Shown piece after piece: positions 10,288-19,510 of a stretch of 64,000 bases of DNA; positions within the stretch are counted from its first letter, which is position 1; each line of letters starts with the position of its first letter. Origin of the DNA: Paucimonas sp. (lineage in GTDB: Bacteria > Pseudomonadota > Gammaproteobacteria > Burkholderiales > Burkholderiaceae_D); the NCBI GenBank assembly GCA_036675285.1, contig JAKFFK010000245.1:8589-72588 (forward strand), read 5' to 3'. A model generated the notes under the pieces. It was given only the letters and a program-made list of their open reading frames with translations. It was not told the origin of the DNA and searched no databases. The translations under genes and the position numbers were made by a program.

Positions 10288-11106
10288 TTACTTCATCCAG
10301 TTACGCATGCGGTCGAATAGGTTCTTTGGCTTGCTGTTGACCGAAATTACCTTGACCAGGATCACCGAAATATTATCCTTGCCGCCATGGGTGTTGGCGC
10401 GCTGGATCAGGGTGTTGCAGGTGGAATCGAGATTCGAGCCGAATTCGTTCAGGGTGGCGGTTAACTCATTGACCGGCAGCATGTCGGACAGGCCATCCGA
10501 GCACAGCAAGTACAGGTCGCCCGGCTTGGTGACGTGGTCGTGTACCTCGATATCCAGTTCAGGGTCGACCCCGACCGCGCGCGTGATCAGGTTGCGGTTC
10601 GGAGAAAACTGCGCCGCTTCCGGCGTGATCAAGCCGGCATCGATCTGTTCCTGCAACAGCGAATGGTCGCGCGTGATCTGCTCCAGCCGGCCGTCGCGCA
10701 AGCGGTAGGCGCGCGAATCACCGACGTGGGCCAGTACCAGCTGGTCCTGGTGGAATACGCCCACTACCAGCGTGGTGCCCATGCCTTCGAATTGCGGCTC
10801 ATTATGGGCCGCATCGATGATTGATGCGTTGGCGCGACTGACGGATTGCACGACCAGTTGCTGCAGCTGCTTGTCGCTGTGGCGTCCCCATTGCTTGAAC
10901 TGCGGCGGCAATTGCTCTTCGAGCGATTCCTGCACCACGGTAACCGCAATGCTGCTGGCGACTTCGCCGGCGCTATAGCCACCCATGCCGTCGGCAAGAA
11001 TCACGAATCCATGCTCGGGGCTGACCGCAATGAAATCTTCATTATGCGATCGCACCAGACCGGTATCGGTTTTTGCAGCGAATTCGAGCGCGACGTGATA
11101 GGCCAT
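10288..11106 (-). CDS. Stp1/IreP-family PP2C Ser/Thr phosphatase
   Basis: RSHNED, ADGMGG, GMGTT, HVGDSRAY, LCSDGL, GGKDNIS. Confidence 0.92.
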   Translation of the reverse strand: MAYHVALEFAAKTDTGLVRSHNEDFIAVSPEHGFVILADGMGGYSAGEVASSIAVTVVQESLEEQLPPQFKQWGRHSDKQLQQLVVQSVSRANASIIDAAHNEPQFEGMGTTLVVGVFHQDQLVLAHVGDSRAYRLRDGRLEQITRDHSLLQEQIDAGLITPEAAQFSPNRNLITRAVGVDPELDIEVHDHVTKPGDLYLLCSDGLSDMLPVNELTATLNEFGSNLDSTCNTLIQRANTHGGKDNISVILVKVISVNSKPKNLFDRMRNWMK

Positions 11107-11296
11107 GGGCAGTTTATGCGGCCAAGTCGAAATAGGGTGGATACAAAGTCACAAAGCCTCTTTTTATAGCGTCTGGTCGAAAATCATACCTAAAAATTAT
11201 GATTGTTGGCAGTTTTATACAATATTTTGCGATTCGACCGCGCTTGGCACATGCTTCGAACGCGGCAAACAAGGCGCGGCTTCACCCACCTTGCGG

Positions 11297-11325
11297 AAAA
11301 AACGACGGGGAGCCGAAGCTCCCCG
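11297..11325 (-). terminator. Rho-independent terminator downstream of sucD
   Basis: Hairpin CGGGGAGC-CGAA-GCTCCCCG (11306-11325) followed by a T-run on the minus strand. Confidence 0.75.
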
Positions 11326-11366
11326 CAAGTCTGCGATTGCAGGTATTTAGCCGGCAATCACGATCA

Positions 11367-12248
11367 TCACAGCACCGATTGTAACAAACGCGCCATCTCC
11401 GATGGATTTTTAGTCACTTTGATGCCGCAGGCTTCCATGATTTCCAGCTTGGCCTGCGCGGTATCCGCCCCACCCGAAATCAAGGCGCCGGCATGGCCCA
11501 TGCGCTTGCCCGGCGGCGCGGTGACACCGGCAATAAAGCCGACCACCGGCTTTTTCATGTTGTCCTTGACCCAGTACGATGCATTGGCCTCGTCCGGACC
11601 GCCGATTTCGCCGATCATGATGACCGCGTCGGTATCCGGATCGTCATTGAACATCTTCATGATGTCGATATGCTTCAAGCCATTGATTGGGTCGCCACCG
11701 ATGCCGACTGCCGACGACTGGCCCAGTCCCAATGCTGTCAGTTGGCCGACCGCTTCATAGGTCAGTGTGCCGGAACGCGATACCACGCCGATGCGGCCCT
11801 TCTTGCAGATATGGCCGGGCATGATGCCAATCTTGATTTCGTCCGGCGTGATCAGGCCCGGGCAGTTCGGCCCCAACAGCAGGGTCTTGCTGCCAGCCTT
11901 GGCCATCCTGTCTTTCAGCGCCATCATGTCACGCACCGGAATGCCTTCGGTGATGCAGATCGCCAGGTCGAGTTCGGCTTCAACCGCTTCCCAGATGGCA
12001 GCAGCGGCGCCGGCCGGCGGCACGTAGATCACGGATACGGTGGCGCCGGTCTGCGCCTTGGCGTCCTTGACGGTGGCATAAATCGGGATGCCTTCGAAGT
12101 CTTCGCCAGCCTTTTTCGGGTTGACGCCGGCGACGAAGCAGTTCTTGCCATTGGCGTAGTCGCGGCACATCCGGGTGTGGAACTGGCCGGTCTTGCCGGT
12201 GATGCCTTGGGTGATGACTTTGGTGTCTTTGTTGATCAGGATACTCAT
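11367..12248 (-). CDS. sucD: Succinyl-CoA synthetase alpha subunit
   Basis: MSILINKDTKVITQGITGKTG; phospho-His motif RMGHAGA. Confidence 0.98.
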   Translation of the reverse strand: MSILINKDTKVITQGITGKTGQFHTRMCRDYANGKNCFVAGVNPKKAGEDFEGIPIYATVKDAKAQTGATVSVIYVPPAGAAAAIWEAVEAELDLAICITEGIPVRDMMALKDRMAKAGSKTLLLGPNCPGLITPDEIKIGIMPGHICKKGRIGVVSRSGTLTYEAVGQLTALGLGQSSAVGIGGDPINGLKHIDIMKMFNDDPDTDAVIMIGEIGGPDEANASYWVKDNMKKPVVGFIAGVTAPPGKRMGHAGALISGGADTAQAKLEIMEACGIKVTKNPSEMARLLQSVL

Positions 12249-12265
12249 ATGATTCCTTTTTTATC

Positions 12266-12293
12266 CGTCATTCCCGCGCACGCGGGAATCCAT
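12266..12293. repeat. CGTC-tagged REP-like palindrome, left copy
   Basis: CGTCATTCCCGCGCACGCGGGAATCCAT, with an ATTCCC-N8-GGGAAT hairpin core. Confidence 0.85.
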
Positions 12294-12294
12294 G

Positions 12295-12582
12295 TTAATT
12301 CACTACATCAGTGTAAAGGTCGCGCCAATCCGGATTTAACTTTTCGACAAGATCGATTTTCCAGAGTCGATTCCATTTTTTCAGCTGTTTTTCGCGCTTG
12401 ATCGCTTCATTGATGTCTTCATGTGTTTCAAACCACACCAATGTCTTCAAACCATACTTTGCGCTAAACCCATCCACAAAAGCTTCTTTGTGTTGCCAAA
12501 CCCGTTTGATCAAGTCGGACGTCATGCCGATGTAGAGTGTTCCACGGGGCTGGTTCGACAAGATATAAACGTAGCTTTGCAT
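12295..12582 (-). CDS. Small stand-alone GIY-YIG nuclease family protein (95 aa)
   Basis: YVY...LYIGMTSDLIKRVWQH...EAIKREKQLKKW: the GIY-YIG motifs plus the conserved Arg and Glu are present. Confidence 0.92.
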   Translation of the reverse strand: MQSYVYILSNQPRGTLYIGMTSDLIKRVWQHKEAFVDGFSAKYGLKTLVWFETHEDINEAIKREKQLKKWNRLWKIDLVEKLNPDWRDLYTDVVN

Positions 12583-12590
12583 TCATTAAA

Positions 12591-12618
12591 ATGGTTTCCC
12601 GCGTTCGCGGGAATGACG
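12591..12618. repeat. CGTC-tagged REP-like palindrome, right copy (inverted)
   Basis: Reverse complement CGTCATTCCCGCGAACGCGGGAAACCAT is 26/28 identical to the left copy. Confidence 0.85.
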
Positions 12619-12662
12619 TACCTTTTATCTTTGTTTGAACCAAAACGCTCTCAACAGCAATG

Positions 12663-13829
12663 TTACTTGCCGTTGGCCGCTGCAACTACCTTTTGCGCAG
12701 CTTCTTCCATCGAGTCGGCCGAGATGATCGGCAGGCCGGAGTCGGCCAGCATTTTCTTGCCGATATCCTCATTCGTGCCCTTCATGCGCACCACCAGCGG
12801 CACGGTCAGATGCACCGCCTTGGAGGCGACAATCACGCCTTCGGCAATCACGTCGCAGCGCATGATGCCGCCGAAAATATTGACCAGAATCGCTTTCAGG
12901 CCCGGGTTCTTCAGCATGATCTTGAAGGCTTCGGTGACTTTTTCGGCGGTGGCGCCGCCGCCCACGTCCAGGAAGTTGGCCGGCTCGCCGCCGAACAGCT
13001 TGATGGTGTCCATGGTGGCCATGGCCAGGCCGGCACCGTTGACCAGGCAGCCGATGTTGCCGTCCAGGGAAATGTAGGCCAGGTCGAACTTGGAAGCCTC
13101 GACTTCGGCCGGGTCTTCTTCATCCAGGTCGCGGTAGGCGACGATTTCCGGTTGGCGGTACAAGGCGTTGGAATCGAAATTGAATTTGGCGTCGAGCGCG
13201 ATGACCTTGCCGTCGCCGGTCAGGATCAGCGGGTTGATTTCGGCCAGCGAGGCATCGGTTTCCCAGTAAGCCTTGTACAAGCCCTGCAGCTGCACGCGCG
13301 CGTCGGCAATCGATGCCGGCGGAATGCCGATCTTGGCCGAGATCGCATCGGCTTCGGCATCGGTCAAGCCGACTGCCGGATCAATCGCCACCTTGTGGAT
13401 CAGTTCCGGATGGCTCTCCGCTACTTCTTCGATATCCATGCCGCCTTCGCTTGATGCCATCAGGACTACCCGCTGACTGACGCGGTCGGTAACCATCGAT
13501 ACGTACAGTTCCTTCTTGATGTCGGCGCCCTCTTCAATCAACAGGCGCCGCACTTTCTGGCCTTCCGGTCCGGTCTGATGGGTGACCAGTTGCATGCCCA
13601 TGATGGCGTTGGCATACTCCTTGACCTGCTCGATCGACTTGGCTACCTTGACGCCGCCGCCTTTGCCGCGGCCGCCGGCGTGAATCTGCGCCTTGACGAC
13701 CCATACCGGACCGCCGAGCGTTTCGGCGGCCTTGACGGCCTCGTCGACCGACATGCATGGAATGCCGCGAGGCACAGTCACGCCGAACTTGCGGAGGATT
13801 TCCTTGCCCTGATACTCATGGATTTTCAT
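12663..13829 (-). CDS. sucC: Succinyl-CoA synthetase beta subunit (ADP-forming)
   Basis: [36 protein letters not shown]. Confidence 0.98.
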   Translation of the reverse strand: MKIHEYQGKEILRKFGVTVPRGIPCMSVDEAVKAAETLGGPVWVVKAQIHAGGRGKGGGVKVAKSIEQVKEYANAIMGMQLVTHQTGPEGQKVRRLLIEEGADIKKELYVSMVTDRVSQRVVLMASSEGGMDIEEVAESHPELIHKVAIDPAVGLTDAEADAISAKIGIPPASIADARVQLQGLYKAYWETDASLAEINPLILTGDGKVIALDAKFNFDSNALYRQPEIVAYRDLDEEDPAEVEASKFDLAYISLDGNIGCLVNGAGLAMATMDTIKLFGGEPANFLDVGGGATAEKVTEAFKIMLKNPGLKAILVNIFGGIMRCDVIAEGVIVASKAVHLTVPLVVRMKGTNEDIGKKMLADSGLPIISADSMEEAAQKVVAAANGK

Positions 13830-13874
13830 GCGAACTTCCCTTCAGACGCTTAGTGAACAAATATACGGAGATAC

Positions 13875-14453
13875 TTAACTGGATTGCTGTCCGGCCGGCT
13901 TGATTGCCCAGCGCGGATAATACTTTTCAACAGCCGCGCCATCGCTGCGCAATGCATGACAACGGTCCAGCTGGAACGGCTTTTTGCCTTGCGTATCGTC
14001 GCTGGCAGCGTCGCCGGTACTAAAGACCTCGCCGGAAAATGCCTGGATGGCGGCGGTCGGCAAAACTTGCGCGAGTTCGGTCAAGTGGGTGCAGCCATGC
14101 GCACCGGCCAGTCGCTCCTGCAGCTGGCGCCGAAAGCCCTGCATCAGGTTCAAACCGACCAGTTTGCGGTAATCAGGCCCGATCGTGTCGCAGTAGCCGT
14201 AATACGGCACTGCATCCGATGCGGCTTGCACATCGACGATATTTAACTGCCGGTCAATGGTCAGACGCAACCAGATATCATGCATTGCATCGCCGGCGCT
14301 ACGCGTGCCCGAAGCCAGTGCGACATCACCGGTCTTGACATCAGTGATACGGGCATCCAGATCCCACAAACCATCTTCGCGCGCATATGCCTCGACCTGA
14401 ATGGTCCGGGTATGCTTCAGGGCGCGGCGGGGGCTGGAGGGTAACAGGGGCAT
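13875..14453 (-). CDS. DUF2889-type protein
   Basis: RALKHTRTI...DGLWDLDA...GAHGCTHLTEL...DRCHAL; usual position between recX and sucC. Confidence 0.75.
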   Translation of the reverse strand: MPLLPSSPRRALKHTRTIQVEAYAREDGLWDLDARITDVKTGDVALASGTRSAGDAMHDIWLRLTIDRQLNIVDVQAASDAVPYYGYCDTIGPDYRKLVGLNLMQGFRRQLQERLAGAHGCTHLTELAQVLPTAAIQAFSGEVFSTGDAASDDTQGKKPFQLDRCHALRSDGAAVEKYYPRWAIKPAGQQSS

Positions 14454-14657
14454 AAGCGCCGATGAATCGGCCAAAATTAATGCCGCATGCGCGACGCTAC
14501 TGCAAACACTGCAACAGCTCCTGCATACGGCTTGGAAAAATGTGGCAAAAGTGTAGCACAGCTAGGCATGGACTCGCCAGCCTAGTAATTCTACCGGCCA
14601 GCCAATCCGTAAACCCACGTCATGCCCCAACGGCATGCTCAATGCGGTACGACCGCC

Positions 14658-15125
14658 TCACATTTCTTCGTCATCATCAGGTTGACCGATGCTGCGCATG
14701 GCGGATTGGATGGCCCGATGGGAAAAGCCACGCTGTTGCAAAAAACGCATTTGCTTGGCACGCTCGGCTGCATTTGCTGGCGCTTGGCCGTATTTCCTGA
14801 CCCACACCGCACGGGCCCGCGCCACTTCATCCTTAGCCAATCCTTCCTGAATGCCGGCCAGCGCTTCACTGTCAAGATGATGGCTTTGCAGCTCGGAGAG
14901 GATGCGGTTGTTGCCGAACCGGGCGGCGCGACGGTGCACCAGCGATTCGGCAAAGCGGCTTTGGGACAAGAGTTTGGCGGCTTCCAGCGCATCCAGCAGT
15001 GCTTCCACATTATCTTGCTCTTGAGCATGACGCGACAGCTTGCGTGCCAGCTCAAGCCGGCTGTGCTCACGGGCGGCCAGATAACGCAGCGCGCGCGCTT
15101 TCAGGCTGATTTGCAATTTTGCCAT
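14658..15125 (-). CDS. recX: Recombination regulator RecX
   Basis: [15 protein letters not shown]...RFLQQRGF; lies directly downstream of recA. Confidence 0.93.
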   Translation of the reverse strand: MAKLQISLKARALRYLAAREHSRLELARKLSRHAQEQDNVEALLDALEAAKLLSQSRFAESLVHRRAARFGNNRILSELQSHHLDSEALAGIQEGLAKDEVARARAVWVRKYGQAPANAAERAKQMRFLQQRGFSHRAIQSAMRSIGQPDDDEEM

Positions 15126-15227
15126 GGCATGCAGTAAACAGGAATGTCGTTGAATGACTGGAAAAGGAAGTAGAAAAGGCCATGGTTGCGCACCATGGCC
15201 TTGATCCGGTTGGAACACCGAATGGAC

Positions 15228-16349
15228 TTATTCGACTTCCTTGCTTTCTTTATTGCTTTCTTTGCTTTCTTTGCTTTCCTTGGCTTCTTTGCCGGCCTTC
15301 TTAGCTACCGGCTCAGTGCCTTTGGCCGCTTCCAGCTCAGGCACGCCCAGGGAGACGCGCACCTTGTTTTCAATTTCACGTGCCAGCGCCGGATGTTCCT
15401 TCAGGTAATTGCGTGCATTATCCTTGCCCTGCCCGATCCGTTCGCCGTTATAGCTGTACCAGGCGCCGGATTTTTCGACGATCTTGGCTTCCGAGCCAAG
15501 ATCGAGGATTTCGCCTTCACGAGAAGTGCCTTCGCCATACAAGATATCGAAATGGGCTTCCCTGAACGGCGGCGCGATCTTGTTCTTGACGACCTTGACC
15601 TTGGTTTCATTGCCGATCACTTCGTCACCCGACTTGATCGAACCGGTGCGGCGAATATCCAGACGCACCGACGCATAGAATTTCAGCGCATTGCCGCCGG
15701 TCGTGGTTTCCGGGTTGCCGAACATGACGCCGATCTTCATGCGGATCTGGTTGATGAAGATAACCAGCGTATTGGTGCGGTTGATCGAGCCGGTCAGCTT
15801 GCGCAATGCCTGCGACATCAGACGTGCCTGCAGACCAGGCAGCGAGTCGCCCATGTCGCCTTCGATTTCGGCGCGCGGCGTCAAGGCTGCCACCGAGTCG
15901 ATCACGATCAGGTCGACGCCGCCCGAGCGCACCAGCGCATCGGTGATTTCCAGTGCCTGCTCGCCGGTATCCGGCTGCGAAATCAACAAATCCGACAGGT
16001 TGATGCCGAGCTTTTGCGCATAGGTGACGTCAAGCGCATGCTCGGCATCGATAAAGGCGCAGGTGCCGCCCAGTTTTTGCATTTCGGCAATTGTTTGCAG
16101 CGTCAGCGTGGTTTTGCCGGACGATTCCGGGCCATAGATTTCCACTACGCGGCCGCGCGGCAATCCGCCCACGCCCAGCGCAATATCCAGACCGAGCGAA
16201 CCGGTCGACACCACTTGCACTTCCTCGACCACGGCGCCGTCTTCCATGCGCATCACGGAACCCTTGCCGAATTGCTTTTCGATCTGGGCCAAGGCGGCCG
16301 CCAGTGCCTTGCTCTTGTCGAGATTCGGTGCGTATTTCTTGTCGTCCAT
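15228..16349 (-). CDS. recA: Recombinase RecA
   Basis: Walker [10 protein letters not shown]; DSVAAL; GGNALKFY. Confidence 0.99.
   Translation of the reverse strand: MDDKKYAPNLDKSKALAAALAQIEKQFGKGSVMRMEDGAVVEEVQVVSTGSLGLDIALGVGGLPRGRVVEIYGPESSGKTTLTLQTIAEMQKLGGTCAFIDAEHALDVTYAQKLGINLSDLLISQPDTGEQALEITDALVRSGGVDLIVIDSVAALTPRAEIEGDMGDSLPGLQARLMSQALRKLTGSINRTNTLVIFINQIRMKIGVMFGNPETTTGGNALKFYASVRLDIRRTGSIKSGDEVIGNETKVKVVKNKIAPPFREAHFDILYGEGTSREGEILDLGSEAKIVEKSGAWYSYNGERIGQGKDNARNYLKEHPALAREIENKVRVSLGVPELEAAKGTEPVAKKAGKEAKESKESKESNKESKEVE
15237..15290 (-). repeat. Imperfect 9-bp coding tandem repeat in the recA 3' end ([19 protein letters not shown])
   Basis: Units of AA(A/G)GAAAGC read directly from the sequence. 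Confidence 0.85.
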
Positions 16350-16463
16350 AAGGTTTCTTTCGAAATGACAGATATTGATAATTCGTCAAAAGCGGGGCTT
16401 GCTAATCATTACCGCCATATAGAGACTGTGTCTGGAAAATCGCTTTTGACCGCAGAATCAGTA

Positions 16464-16479
16464 CTGTATAAAAAACCAG
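16464..16479. promoter_or_regulatory. LexA (SOS) box upstream of recA
   Basis: CTGTATAAAAAACCAG matches CTG-N10-CAG and lies about 115 bp upstream of the recA start. Confidence 0.85.
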
Positions 16480-16750
16480 TGCTTTATGCAAGCGGAATTT
16501 GCAGGAATTTTAAAAATATCGATGTACGCAAGAAAGCCTTCGGAAACAATGCTTTATCACAACAAATCGCATCACTGTTTCCCAAGCCCATCCGACAGCC
16601 GCAGCTAAATCAGTAAGCAATCGAGCGATGTGCCGCCCAACAATCTATCGCCCTAGCTGCTGCCTGTCATGCATGGTTCTGTATGGCTTAATCGATCTTC
16701 GGCTATATAAATACGGGAACGTTCCTCATGCCCGATGCGATTTCCAGCTT

Positions 16751-16792
16751 AAAAAAATGGCTGCAAAGCCGAAACCTTGCAGCCATTTTTTT
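16751..16792. terminator. Bidirectional intrinsic terminator downstream of purM
   Basis: AAAAAAATGGCTGCAA-N10-TTGCAGCCATTTTTT. Confidence 0.75.
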
Positions 16793-16803
16793 ACCATTCC
16801 GGC

Positions 16804-17847
16804 TTACACCACAATCGTTTGCGCCTCGCCAGCCTGGCGTTCGCGGATTTCGCCGATCCGCATCACGGTTTCACCGGCGGCCTGCAACTGGGCTTGTGCC
16901 GCTGCAGCATTTTCCTGTGACACGATGACGGTCATGCCGATGCCGCAATTGAATACCCGGTGCATTTCGGCGTCGGCTACGCCGCCATGCTGCTGCAGCC
17001 AGCCAAACAGCGGCGGCATGTTCCAGGCATCGCGGTGCAATACCGCCGTCAAATTATCCTTTAATACACGCGGCACGTTTTCGACCAGTCCGCCGCCGGT
17101 GATATGCACCATGCCCTTGACCTCCATGGCTTCCATCAGCGCCAGCAAGGGCTTCACATAGATACGGGTTGGTTCGAGCAACACGTCGGCCAAGGTGCGG
17201 CCATGGAAATCGGCGTTCAGGTCCGGATGCGCGACCGAGAGGATCTTGCGTACCAGCGAATAGCCATTCGAATGGGCACCGGACGAAGCCAATCCCAGCA
17301 CCACATCGCCGGGCACGATTTTGCTGCCGTCGATCAGTTTCGATTTTTCCACTGCGCCGACGGCAAAACCGGCCAGGTCGTATTCGCCGGCCGGATACAT
17401 GCTCGGCATTTCCGCGGTTTCGCCGCCGATCAATGCGCAGCCGGCCAGCTCGCAGCCCCTGGCAATGCCCTTGATGACATCGGTGGCGGTCGGCACATCC
17501 AGCTTGCCGCAGGCGAAGTAATCAAGAAAAAACAAGGGTTCCGCGCCCTGCACCAGGATATCGTTGACACTCATCGCCACCAGGTCGATACCGACCGTGT
17601 CATGCTTGTCCAACTGAAAAGCCAGTCTGAGCTTGGTGCCGACGCCATCGGTGCCGGACACCAATACCGGTTCCTTGAATTTCTTGCTGACCTCGAACAA
17701 TGCGCCAAAGCCGCCGATGCCGCCCATGACGCCTTCGCGCATAGTGCGCTTGGCAAATGGCTTGATGGCTTCGACCAGGGCATCGCCGGCATCGATATCG
17801 ACACCGGCATCGCGGTAGGACAGGGAAACGCTTGAAGGGAAACTCAT
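16804..17847 (-). CDS. purM: Phosphoribosylformylglycinamidine cyclo-ligase
   Basis: [34 protein letters not shown]. Confidence 0.97.
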   Translation of the reverse strand: MSFPSSVSLSYRDAGVDIDAGDALVEAIKPFAKRTMREGVMGGIGGFGALFEVSKKFKEPVLVSGTDGVGTKLRLAFQLDKHDTVGIDLVAMSVNDILVQGAEPLFFLDYFACGKLDVPTATDVIKGIARGCELAGCALIGGETAEMPSMYPAGEYDLAGFAVGAVEKSKLIDGSKIVPGDVVLGLASSGAHSNGYSLVRKILSVAHPDLNADFHGRTLADVLLEPTRIYVKPLLALMEAMEVKGMVHITGGGLVENVPRVLKDNLTAVLHRDAWNMPPLFGWLQQHGGVADAEMHRVFNCGIGMTVIVSQENAAAAQAQLQAAGETVMRIGEIRERQAGEAQTIVV

Positions 17848-18134
17848 GATGTAATTGGCGTCAGAGACGGTAAAATAGCGGGTTGTGACCGCACGAAAAC
17901 ATGAAAACGCCATGAAAACGCGCGGCAAAGCCGTATTTTAACAAAATCGCCCCGCTTTCCCGACCTGTTGATGCCATTTTCTTTACCGTCGCTGTATCGA
18001 TGCCACCGCCGGCCGCAGATTTTTGTCGTCGGCTCGTCCGCTTTGGTCGCCGCCAGTTGCGTTTCAGTGATGGCAAAACCGGGACAGACAGATTATCCTT
18101 GTGGCCCGCTCGGCAAGTTTACCTCCTGATTTTG

Positions 18135-18839
18135 ATGAAACAGTTACTGCTGGATCTCGATACCCACCAAACCCCTACCCTTGCCAGGTTCGTGGTGGGC
18201 CAGAATGCTGAATTGATTGCCTTGCTGTCGCGCGTGGCGGCACGCACCGTCGACGGCTTGAGCGAACGTTTTATTTATCTGTGGGGCGAATCCGGCGCCG
18301 GCAAGACCCATTTGCTGCGTGCCCTGGCCAGCCAGGATGCGGCGCGTTACCTCACAGCCGATGCCGATGAAGCTGCATTTACCTACCAGCCGCAGACCAG
18401 CCTGTACCTGATCGACGACTGCGCCGGATTGGGTCCGGCCGCGCAAATCGCCGCCTTCAACCTGTTTAACCAGGTGCGTGAACAGGGCGGCGTGCTGGTG
18501 GCAGCCGGACCGCAGCCGCCGGCGGTACTGAACGTGCGCGAAGATTTGCGCACGCGACTTGGCTGGGGCCTGATTTACCAGGTGCACGGCTTGACCGATG
18601 ACGCAAAAATCGCCGCGCTGGAACAGGCCGCGCATGCACGCGGGTTGACGCTGTCGAACGGCGTGCTACCCTATCTGATGACCCATTTCCGGCGCGACAT
18701 GCCCTCCCTGACTGCAATGCTCGATGCGCTGGACCGCTATTCGCTGGAAACCAAACGCCCGATCACCTTGCCGCTGCTGAAAACCCTGCTGCAACAGGAA
18801 GGCGATCCGCAACTCCACGACACCCTGCATACTCCATGA
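18135..18839 (+). CDS. hda: DnaA regulatory inactivator Hda
   Basis: YLWGESGAGKTHLL; DLRTRLGWGL; RPITLPLL. Confidence 0.93.
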   Translation: MKQLLLDLDTHQTPTLARFVVGQNAELIALLSRVAARTVDGLSERFIYLWGESGAGKTHLLRALASQDAARYLTADADEAAFTYQPQTSLYLIDDCAGLGPAAQIAAFNLFNQVREQGGVLVAAGPQPPAVLNVREDLRTRLGWGLIYQVHGLTDDAKIAALEQAAHARGLTLSNGVLPYLMTHFRRDMPSLTAMLDALDRYSLETKRPITLPLLKTLLQQEGDPQLHDTLHTP

Positions 18840-19510
18840 TGAACCTGGCTCTTTTCGATCTCGACCATACCCTGCTGCCGCTTGACTCGGATTTCGAGTG
18901 GGGACAGTTCCTGGCGCGCACCGGCGCGGTTGACGCCAAGGCGCTGGAAAAGCGCAATGCCTATTTTTACGAGCAATACCAGGCCGGCACGCTGGATCCG
19001 GTAGCGTATCTGGAATTCGCCTTCGGCACGCTGGCGCAATTCCCGCGCACCCAACTGGATGCCTGGCATCGCCAGTTCATGGCCGAAGTGATCGAGCCGG
19101 CGATCCTGCCGACGGCATGTGCATTAGTCAAAAAACACCAGGATGCCGGCGACCTGGTGGCAATCATCACCGCCACCAACCGCTTTGTGACTGCGCCGAT
19201 CGCCAGCGCATTCGGCGTCGAACACCTGATCGCCGCCGAGCCGGAAGTCGCTCCCAATGGCGACCTGACCGGCAAACTGATCGGCACGCCGCCCTACGGC
19301 CCGGGCAAGGTGATCAACGCCCATGCGTGGCTGGCCAGCCTCGGCAAGACACTGGGCGACTTCGAGTCCAGCCATTTCTATAGCGATTCCCAAAACGACA
19401 TCCCCTTGTTATCCGCGGTCACCCACCCGGTAGCAACCAACCCCAATGCCCGGCTTGCAGAACATGCGCAAGTTCACGGCTGGCCCATCCTGAAACTGTT
19501 CCATGATTAA
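18836..19510 (+). CDS. HAD-IB family hydrolase (SerB-like)
   Basis: FDLDHTLL, ITATN, YSDSQNDIPLL; conserved hda-HAD-pcnB gene order. Confidence 0.88.
   Translation: MMNLALFDLDHTLLPLDSDFEWGQFLARTGAVDAKALEKRNAYFYEQYQAGTLDPVAYLEFAFGTLAQFPRTQLDAWHRQFMAEVIEPAILPTACALVKKHQDAGDLVAIITATNRFVTAPIASAFGVEHLIAAEPEVAPNGDLTGKLIGTPPYGPGKVINAHAWLASLGKTLGDFESSHFYSDSQNDIPLLSAVTHPVATNPNARLAEHAQVHGWPILKLFHD

Larger units (their letters stand above)
12266..12618 (-). mobile_element. Putative REP-GIY-YIG-REP mini-element inserted between sucC and sucD
   Basis: Terminal inverted palindromes lie 1 bp and 8 bp from the ORF ends, the insert splits a normally adjacent gene pair, and a degenerate direct repeat flanks it. 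Confidence 0.6.

Noticed and set aside
12295-12582. GIY-YIG gene as an intron or homing endonuclease, or a UvrC fragment
   Set aside because: It is intergenic, has no intron structure or DNA-binding C-terminal module, and is a complete 95-aa ORF bounded by REP-like repeats.
15186-16616. 476-aa plus-strand ORF
   Set aside because: It is an antisense shadow of recA, expected from GC-rich codon bias, and has no recognisable motifs.
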